DNA from: an uncultured Chloroflexia bacterium
GTDB taxonomy: Bacteria; Chloroflexota; Limnocylindria; QHBO01
Direction of reading: 5' to 3'
DNA length: 64,000 bases
NCBI GenBank assembly: GCA_963810925.1
Contig: CAWEPF010000008.1
Location: forward strand, 249,994 to 313,993
The translations under genes were made by a program, and so were the position numbers. Numbering within the stretch: position 1 is the first letter of the stretch; each line of letters begins with the position of its first letter. The notes under the pieces were generated by a model, which had not been told where the DNA came from, did not search any database, and was given only the letters and a program-made list of their open reading frames with translations. Below are positions 57,650 through 64,000 of the stretch, piece after piece.

Positions 57650-60490
57650 ATGGCCTCATCCACGACCTCGAGCGGGCGAACCGACGCGCTGATCAGCGTG
57701 GCGCAGGCGGCTGCCCTGCTCGGAGTCCATCCCAACACCGTTCGAGCGTGGACCGAGAGTGGTCGCCTGGCCGCCTGGCGCATCAATCCACGCGGCGACC
57801 GGCGCTACCGCAAGGCAGACGTCGAGCGGCTCCTGGCCGAAGGCGCCGCGGCCACCGGGAGTGATCCCGCCGGTTCGGGCGACGCCGGTTCGGGAACCGG
57901 GCGCGGGACCGATTCAGACATGGAAACGGCGGTCCTGACCCGCATCTCACAGGGGACCGTGGACGCCGGCAGCGTGGCTGCCGTGTGCCGGGTGACGGTC
58001 GAGTCGCTGCGCACGATCGAGGCCATCGCCCGTGTGGCGGTGTACCTCGTCCGCGATGACCGCCTGGTCCTCGAGACGCACGCCGGGCACAGCACCCCGC
58101 CGCCGCCCACCATGGCATGGCCTGGCGACACCGACGAGTTCGCGCCGGACGGGTCGATTCGCCTGCCGTTGACGATCGGGCAGGAGCGCATCGGCCTCCT
58201 GGTCGCGACCGATGAGTCCGGCGGCGCATTCCTGAAGTCCCGCCGCCGCTTCATGTCGGCCGCCGCGGGCACCGCCAGCGTGGCACTCCGCCATGCCCGG
58301 GTCATCGCCCGCGCCCGTCGCGAGCTGACCCGTGCCCGGGCCCTGGCCAGCGTCACCCGCGAGCTGACCGGCCAGCTGGAGCTGGGCGCGGTGCTGAGCG
58401 ACATCGCCGACCGAACCCGCGGCCTGTTCGACGCTGACCGGGTAGGCCTCTGGATGTTGACCGAGGAACGCGAGCATCCCTTCGACCTGGCCGCGGAACG
58501 GGGCATCAGCCCGGCATTCCAGGCCATGGTCGGCTCCCTCACCCTGAACTCCCCCTCCCTGGGAACACAGGCGGTCCGCGAACGGCGGACGTTCGTGGCG
58601 CGCCACGCCGACACCGACCCTTCCGTCGGCGCGCTCCAGGAGGTGTATCGCACCGAAGGCGTGAAGACCGCGTGCCTCGTGCCGCTCGTCTCCCACGATC
58701 GGGCGGTGGGCGTCATCGGCCTGTACCACTCCCGCGACCGGGAATGGCCCGATGACGAGCTGGGCCTGGCCCAGGCGTTCGCCAACCAGGCCGCGGTCGC
58801 GATCAGCAACGCCCGTCTGTATCGGTCCACCGCGGAGCAGGCCGCCCGGATGCGGTCCATCCACGACCTGTCGGCCCGACTGAACCGCCTGACCGACGTC
58901 CAGGCCATCGCCGACGCGATCGTGGCCGAGGCCAGCACCCTGGCCGCCTTCCACGACATCCGGATCTACACCGTCGACTGGGAGCGCGGGACGTGCGAGC
59001 CCATCGCATTCACCGATCGCCTGCTGGGAGAGGGAGACGGCGACTTCCGCGACCTGCTCCGGGTCGACATCGGTCCGGGATCGTTCACCGGCTGGGTGGC
59101 CGCCAACGCGCAGCCCATCCTCAGCAACGACGCCCTGAACGACACGCGCGGCCACACGATCGAGGGCACCGACGAGATCGAGGAGTCGATGCTCGTCGTC
59201 CCCATGGTCTACGAGGGCCGCTCGGTGGGCGTCATCGCCCTGTCCAAGCTGGGCGTGAACCAGTTCTCGACCGATGACCTGCAGACCATGATGATCTTCG
59301 CCGGCTACGCGGCCCAGGCTCTCGTCAACGCGCGGAGCTACCGTCGGCTGGAGGAGCAGTCCAGCCAGCTCGCCCGCCAGCTCGAGTCGCAGCGCAAGCT
59401 CCTCGACGTGAGCGCGCACGTCATGGGCACCCTCGAGCAGGAGGACATCCTGGAGACCGTCGCCGACGGGCTGAAGGCGGTGGTCCACTACGACAACCTG
59501 TCCATCTACCGCGCCGACAACGTCAAGCAGGTCCTTGTCCCGGTCCTGACCCGCGAGCAGCACGCCGAAGAGGTGATGCGCTACATCATCCCGTTCGGGC
59601 GCGGCCTCATGGGCTGGGTGGTCCAGAACGCCGAGGCCGTGCTGGCCAACGACGCGCTGGCCGATCCCCGCGCGCTGCAGATCCCCGGCACCCCGGCCGA
59701 CCAGGAGGCGCTGATCGTCGTCCCCCTGATCAGCGACGGCCAGGTCACCGGCTCCATGAACGTGAGCCGCGACGGTGGCGCTGACGTCTACTTCAGCGAG
59801 ACCGATTTCGAGCTGGTTCAGCTGTTCGCCGCCCAGGCGTCAGTGGCCCTCCGCAACGCGGACGAGCATCACGCCATGAGCCTGCGGGCCGAGACCGATG
59901 CCCTGACCGGTTTGGGCAACCACGGCGCCTTCCAGCGCGACCTGGCCGAGTCCATCGAGGCGCTCCGCAACACCGAGCCCAAGGAAGGGCACCTGGGCCT
60001 CCTGATGATGGACCTCGACCGATTCAAGTCCTACAACGACCGATTCGGCCATCCGGCCGGCGACGCGCTGCTGCACGCGGTGGGCGAGGCGCTCTACGCC
60101 GCCACGCGCAGCGACGACCGCGTGTACCGCTATGGCGGTGACGAGTTCACCGTCGTGCTGGCAGGGGTGGGCCTGCCCGAGGCCCAGCGGGTCGCGGAGC
60201 GTGCCCGACGGATGGTCGCCGCGGTGTCCATCGAGAGCGGCGCCGCCCCGGTCACGATCACGGTGGGCGTGGCCCTCTTCCCCGATCACGGGGCGGAGAA
60301 GGACGCGCTCATCGGCGCGGCCGACGCGGCGCTGTACACCGGCAAGCAGGCCGGTGGCGACCGGGTGGTCATCCCCGGCGAGAAGCCAAAGGCCCGCGCC
60401 CCGAAGGCGGCCGCCGGGCGCGATCCGCGCCGGGCCGTGGAGCAGCGCCGTCGCCGCAGCGACTCCCGCACCAAGACGACGGCCGCCTGA
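57650..60490 (+). CDS. HTH (excisionase/MerR-like) - 4x GAF - GGDEF diguanylate cyclase
   Basis: N-terminal ISVAQAAALLGVHPNTVRAWTESGRL helix-turn-helix, four GAF-like modules, and a C-terminal RYGGDEF active site preceded by DLDRFKSYND. Confidence 0.85.
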   Translation: MASSTTSSGRTDALISVAQAAALLGVHPNTVRAWTESGRLAAWRINPRGDRRYRKADVERLLAEGAAATGSDPAGSGDAGSGTGRGTDSDMETAVLTRISQGTVDAGSVAAVCRVTVESLRTIEAIARVAVYLVRDDRLVLETHAGHSTPPPPTMAWPGDTDEFAPDGSIRLPLTIGQERIGLLVATDESGGAFLKSRRRFMSAAAGTASVALRHARVIARARRELTRARALASVTRELTGQLELGAVLSDIADRTRGLFDADRVGLWMLTEEREHPFDLAAERGISPAFQAMVGSLTLNSPSLGTQAVRERRTFVARHADTDPSVGALQEVYRTEGVKTACLVPLVSHDRAVGVIGLYHSRDREWPDDELGLAQAFANQAAVAISNARLYRSTAEQAARMRSIHDLSARLNRLTDVQAIADAIVAEASTLAAFHDIRIYTVDWERGTCEPIAFTDRLLGEGDGDFRDLLRVDIGPGSFTGWVAANAQPILSNDALNDTRGHTIEGTDEIEESMLVVPMVYEGRSVGVIALSKLGVNQFSTDDLQTMMIFAGYAAQALVNARSYRRLEEQSSQLARQLESQRKLLDVSAHVMGTLEQEDILETVADGLKAVVHYDNLSIYRADNVKQVLVPVLTREQHAEEVMRYIIPFGRGLMGWVVQNAEAVLANDALADPRALQIPGTPADQEALIVVPLISDGQVTGSMNVSRDGGADVYFSETDFELVQLFAAQASVALRNADEHHAMSLRAETDALTGLGNHGAFQRDLAESIEALRNTEPKEGHLGLLMMDLDRFKSYNDRFGHPAGDALLHAVGEALYAATRSDDRVYRYGGDEFTVVLAGVGLPEAQRVAERARRMVAAVSIESGAAPVTITVGVALFPDHGAEKDALIGAADAALYTGKQAGGDRVVIPGEKPKARAPKAAAGRDPRRAVEQRRRRSDSRTKTTAA

Positions 60491-60496
60491 CGGCCT

Positions 60497-60520
60497 CATC
60501 CGGTCGACGGCGACCGGATG
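60497..60520 (+). terminator. hairpin after the GGDEF gene
   Basis: CATCCGGTCG-acgg-CGACCGGATG, 7 nt after the stop. Confidence 0.45.
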
Positions 60521-60537
60521 CTATCCTCGCCCCTTCC

Positions 60538-61248
60538 ATGCGCCAGCCTCGCCGGTTCCGCCTGCCCTTCGTGGTAGCCGCCGTGGTGCTGGCCCTGGTC
60601 GCAGCGGGATGCGGATCGCCGTCGCCCACGCCCAGCGCGGGGCCGTCCACCTCGGCGGGACCCACCCCAACCCCGCTTCCCACACCGGAGCCCACGCCGC
60701 GCTTCACGAACGAGCCTGACCCCACGCTGTCGGGACTCATCCCCGATGCGGTGGGGGCCGCGGCGGTCGACAAGCCGGACCCCACCGAATACGGGCTCAC
60801 CCCCGGCGACATCGGTCAGGCGGCCTACGGGGAGCTGGGCCTCCGCTTCCAGTCGCTGGTCATCGCCTTCGTCCGCGAGCCCCGCCTGAGCCTGTACGCC
60901 ATCCGGGTCGACGGCCCGCCCGTCCAGACCGAGGACCTCGAGCCGTACCTCGCCACCGCCGGCCGCTACGTGGGGATCGCGGGCCTCGAGCGCGACCCGT
61001 GGGAGCTGAAGGCCGTCGGCGACCACTGGACGTGGACCCGCCCCTCGGACAGCGCGACCCTGGTCGGGACGACGGTCTACACCTGGGCCGACGGGCACTA
61101 CGTGTTCCTGATGATCGGGGTGGACGACGCCCAGAACCAGGCCATGCTGGCCCTGCTGCCCGGCGAGGCCCCGCCGAGCCCCAGCCCGGAGCCCAGCTCG
61201 ACCGGCGCAGGCAGCCCCGAACCCTCGGCCCTTCCCAGCCCCTCCTAG
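60538..61248 (+). CDS. hypothetical lipoprotein with Pro/Ser/Thr-rich linkers
   Basis: Lipobox LVAAGC. A globular core is flanked by PTPSP-type low-complexity segments. Confidence 0.6.
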   Translation: MRQPRRFRLPFVVAAVVLALVAAGCGSPSPTPSAGPSTSAGPTPTPLPTPEPTPRFTNEPDPTLSGLIPDAVGAAAVDKPDPTEYGLTPGDIGQAAYGELGLRFQSLVIAFVREPRLSLYAIRVDGPPVQTEDLEPYLATAGRYVGIAGLERDPWELKAVGDHWTWTRPSDSATLVGTTVYTWADGHYVFLMIGVDDAQNQAMLALLPGEAPPSPSPEPSSTGAGSPEPSALPSPS

Positions 61249-61264
61249 ACTGTCGTCCAGACCG

Positions 61265-62269
61265 ATGGACGACCACGAGGACCTGACCAGCTCAGCCCGG
61301 AAGCGCGACCGGCTGGCCCGCCTGCTCGCGGTGGCCTCGATCCTGTATGCCAAGGGCAGCACCGAGCAGGGCGTGCCGGTCACCGAGATCGCGCGCCTGA
61401 CCGGCATGAACGTGCGGACCGTATACCGCGACCTCCGCGCCCTCGAGGACGAGCTGTCGGTCCCGATCTTCCAGGCCGGCCGAGGCCGGTACGGGATCGA
61501 GAAGAAGTTCTTCCTGCCCCCGCTCCACCTGAGCGTGCCGGAGGCCATCGTCCTGTTCCTGGCCGCCCGCCTCATCGCGCGCTGGTCCGACGAGGCGGAC
61601 CAGGTCGTCATCTCGACCTTCACCAAGATCGCCAGCGAGCTGCCCCAGCCCATCGCCCGCCACGTGACGGCGACCATGCTGGCGGTCGGCGCCCAAAGCG
61701 CGAACGAGCGTTTCACGGCCATCTTCAACAGCGTGGCCCGGGGCTGGGCCGAGGGGCGGGTGCTGGACATCGTGTACGAGGGCACCAACGGCGAGACGCG
61801 CCAGACCCGGGTCCAGCCCTACGCCCTGGAGCCCTACGCCGAGGGACGAAGCATCTACCTCATCGCGTTCGACGAGTCGGTGGCCGCGCTGCGCACGTTC
61901 AAGGTGGAGCGCATCAAGCAGGCCATCCTCACGCTGGATCCATACGAGATCCCCGAGTCATTCGACCCCGACCAGTTCTTCGCCCACTCGTGGGGCATCT
62001 GGTCGGCGGAGGGCACGCCCATCGAGGACGTCCGGCTGCGGTTCGAGAAATCGGTCGCGCGCCGCGTCCGCGAGACGGTGTGGCATCGGTCCCAGGTGTT
62101 GACCGATCTGCCCGATGGGCGAATCGAGATGACGGTCAAGGTCGCCGGGATCGTCGAGATCCGGCCATGGATCCTGTCGTGGGGCGACCAGGTCGAGGTC
62201 CTCGAGCCGGCCAGCCTGCGCGACGCGGTGTCGGCCGCGGTCCGCGGAGCAGCTGCGCGTTACGGCTGA
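61265..62269 (+). CDS. HTH-WYL-WCX transcriptional regulator (PafB/PafC-like)
   Basis: N-terminal HTH (VTEIARLTGMNVRTVYRDLRAL), central WYL-type domain (YLIAFD...RTFKVERI) and a C-terminal extension. Confidence 0.8.
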   Translation: MDDHEDLTSSARKRDRLARLLAVASILYAKGSTEQGVPVTEIARLTGMNVRTVYRDLRALEDELSVPIFQAGRGRYGIEKKFFLPPLHLSVPEAIVLFLAARLIARWSDEADQVVISTFTKIASELPQPIARHVTATMLAVGAQSANERFTAIFNSVARGWAEGRVLDIVYEGTNGETRQTRVQPYALEPYAEGRSIYLIAFDESVAALRTFKVERIKQAILTLDPYEIPESFDPDQFFAHSWGIWSAEGTPIEDVRLRFEKSVARRVRETVWHRSQVLTDLPDGRIEMTVKVAGIVEIRPWILSWGDQVEVLEPASLRDAVSAAVRGAAARYG

Positions 62270-62980
62270 TCGGACGCGGGATCCGGTCATGTCGAGCGGG
62301 AGGCGGAGGATCAGCGCGAGGGTCGGTCGGTCCGGCAGGGGTGCCGGGGTGAGCGGTGCCCGCCACCACGCCGTTCCGGCGGGTCCGGAGCGGTAGCGCG
62401 CCGACAGGCGACGCGCGGACAGGCCGTCGATCCCGAGCCGCGCCAGCGCCTCGGCCACGAGCGTCCCGTCGCCGCGATACCCGTGACCCACCGTGATCCG
62501 GTCGCCCGGGGCTAGGATCGCGGCCAGCCAGTCTCGGCGAACGGAGAACGAGCGGCGCATGACCGATTCCCCGCCGGCCCACAGCAGGTCGGCGGCGACG
62601 TACGCGGCCCGCCCGGGTCGGGGCTGCCGGCCTTCCAGGCGGGCCCGCAGGAGGTCCGGATCGGGCCGCCCGGCGTCGTCCAGCACCAGCAGCGTCCCCT
62701 CGACGACGACCCCGTCCTCGCTCAGCTGGGCGGGCAGCTCCGCCAGCTCGGGGAACGCGGCCTCGGCATCGGCCAGCCCGGCCACCTGGAGCCGGACCCG
62801 GCCCCGTTCGGCAAACGCCAGCGCCCGCGCGCCGGGCCACCACGGCTCGAAGAGATAGTCGGGATCGTCGAACGGCGCGGCCGCGTCCGACGGCTGCATG
62901 AGGGGGATTCGCGAGGGGAGGCGCGCCGGGCGGGGATCGAGGTCCGGTTCCGCCGGGAGGGGCAGCTGTTCGGCCGGCAC
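61958..62980 (-). CDS. ATP-dependent DNA ligase (LigD/LigC adenylation-domain)-like protein lacking all motif lysines; 3' end doubtful
   Basis: YLFEPWWPGARAL matches motif I EPKWDGxR, VVVEGTLLVLDDAGRPD matches motif III, GIDGLSARR matches motif IV EGxxxK, and TAWWRAP matches motif V WxKxK. GTG at 62980 or ATG at 62899. The last ~300 nt run antisense through the WYL gene. Confidence 0.5.
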   Translation of the reverse strand: MPAEQLPLPAEPDLDPRPARLPSRIPLMQPSDAAAPFDDPDYLFEPWWPGARALAFAERGRVRLQVAGLADAEAAFPELAELPAQLSEDGVVVEGTLLVLDDAGRPDPDLLRARLEGRQPRPGRAAYVAADLLWAGGESVMRRSFSVRRDWLAAILAPGDRITVGHGYRGDGTLVAEALARLGIDGLSARRLSARYRSGPAGTAWWRAPLTPAPLPDRPTLALILRLPLDMTGSRVRSAVTRSCSADRGRHRVAQAGRLEDLDLVAPRQDPWPDLDDPGDLDRHLDSPIGQIGQHLGPMPHRLADAARDRFLEPQPDVLDGRALRRPDAPRVGEELVGVE

Positions 62981-62988
62981 GCGGCGCG

Positions 62989-63916
62989 TCAGGCGGTCTT
63001 GCGCCGCCGGGTCTGACGGGTCTCGTCGGCCTCCGCCGGCTTGTCTGCGCGGCTGCGCTTCGCGGGCGTGGGCTTGGACTTGCGCGGCCGCGGGCTTGGC
63101 CTCCGCCGGCGCATCCCCGGCGGCCGCATCGCGCCGGGCCTCACGGGCCGCGGCCACGCTGGCCTCGAGGGCTGCCATCAGATCGCCGATCCGGGTGGGC
63201 TCCGCCTGGGCCATGGGCGTGGGCTCTTCGCCGGCCACCTTGGCCTCGATGACGCCCATCAGCGCCTCGCGGTACCCGTCGCGGTACTCGGACGCGTCGA
63301 ACGTCCCGGTCATGGACGCAATCAATTGCTCGGCCATCTTCCGCTCCGAGGCCTTGATCTCGATCCCCTCGCGGTCCACCGCGATCTCCTCGATGGGGCG
63401 CACCTCGTCGGGCCAGTGGAGGGTGGTCAGGAGCATCGATTCCGAGTAGGGATTGATCGCGGCCAGCTGCTCGCGGTCCTTCATGACCACCTTGCAGATG
63501 GCGGTCTTGTTCGCATCGGCCAGGACCTCGCGCAGGAGGAAGAAGGCCTTCTTGCCGACCGGATCGGGCTCCAGGTAGTAGGCGCTCTTCACGAACTGGG
63601 CACCGTGGGCTTCCTCATCGGCGTCCACGAACGTCTCGATCTCGATGGCCCGGATCGTCTTGAGCGGGACGGCCTCCAGGTCGTCATCGGTCACGACCAC
63701 GTAACGGCCCTTGCTCCACTCGTAGCCCCGCACCGTTTCCGAGCGCGGCACGACCTCGTCGTGGAACGGGCAGTAGATCTTCATCTGGATCCGGTTCAGG
63801 CAGCTGGCATGCAGCATGTTGAAACCGATGCCGCTCGACTCGGTCGCCAGGTACAGCTTGACGGGAATGGTCACCAATCCGAACTGGATGGCGCCCCGCC
63901 ACATCGCGCGTGCCAT
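62989..63916 (-). pseudogene. ku: Ku (NHEJ DNA-end-binding protein), probable +1 frame break before the basic tail
   Basis: MWRGAIQFGLVTIPVKLY and YYLEPD..G.KAF.LL motifs. As sequenced it is fused to the ligase-like ORF. The +1 frame from about 63085 reads RKSKPTPAKRSRADKPAEADETRQTRRRKTA with a stop at 62989-62991, which is a typical Ku basic tail. Confidence 0.7.
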
Positions 63917-64000
63917 AGGGTCGGTGAGGATACACCCGGTCTTCCAGCCCCCCAAGCGGGGCCGCTGGTCACGACGGCCCGGTGACCACCACCAGTGCCT

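Noticed and set aside
57650-57800. Excisionase-type HTH as a marker of a prophage or integrative element
   Set aside because: It is the N-terminal domain of a 946-aa GAF-GGDEF signalling protein. There is no integrase, att-like repeat or phage gene nearby. The two tRNA genes in the window also have no adjacent integrase.
61958-63955. Ku-ligase as a genuine 665-aa fusion protein
   Set aside because: A +1 shift near 63085 yields a lysine-rich canonical Ku tail with its own stop at 62989-62991, followed 8 nt later by a GTG. Given the many other 1-nt frame breaks, two separate genes is more likely. This is not excluded, so see the findings.

Overview
High-GC (roughly 68-70% by eye), very gene-dense chromosomal segment. 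I found no rRNA, CRISPR array, transposase or integrase. I call about 65 protein-coding loci, two tRNAs (initiator tRNA-Met and tRNA-Lys-UUU), one TPP riboswitch and a few GC-rich terminator hairpins. Many neighbouring genes are joined by 1-4 nt stop/start overlaps (ATGA, GTGA, TTGA, and apparently CTGA).

Main content:
- Respiratory and cytochrome genes: a CcoN-like oxidase homologue plus a cytochrome c (2769-4716); a stand-alone cytochrome b (6006-7199); a complete System I cytochrome c maturation cluster ccmABCDEFGH (21991-28375); a cupredoxin; and a split cytochrome b6 / subunit IV / Rieske / diheme-c operon headed by a GltD-like flavoprotein-ferredoxin fusion (36242-42254).
- Other modules: a Pho island (phoX-like, pstSCAB, phoU, response regulator, soluble histidine kinase); a TPP-riboswitch-controlled thiamine kinase plus ECF importer operon; an SbcCD-like pair coupled to an LmbE deacetylase and a PBP; an HTH-GAFx4-GGDEF protein; and a WYL regulator next to ku and a ligase-like gene.

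Main caveat: at least 12 single-nucleotide frame breaks interrupt otherwise well-conserved genes (fadD-like, ccmF x3, ccmC, iscA-like, diheme cytochrome c x2, a hydrolase, an ECF ATPase, a two-TM protein, ku). I cannot tell assembly indels from real decay using the sequence alone.

Best leads:
1. The flavoprotein-linked Rieske/cytochrome b6 complex.
2. The CcoN homologue that has lost all binuclear-centre ligands.
3. The lysine-less ATP-dependent-ligase-like gene downstream of ku.

All homology statements are by-eye motif recognition. No searches were run.
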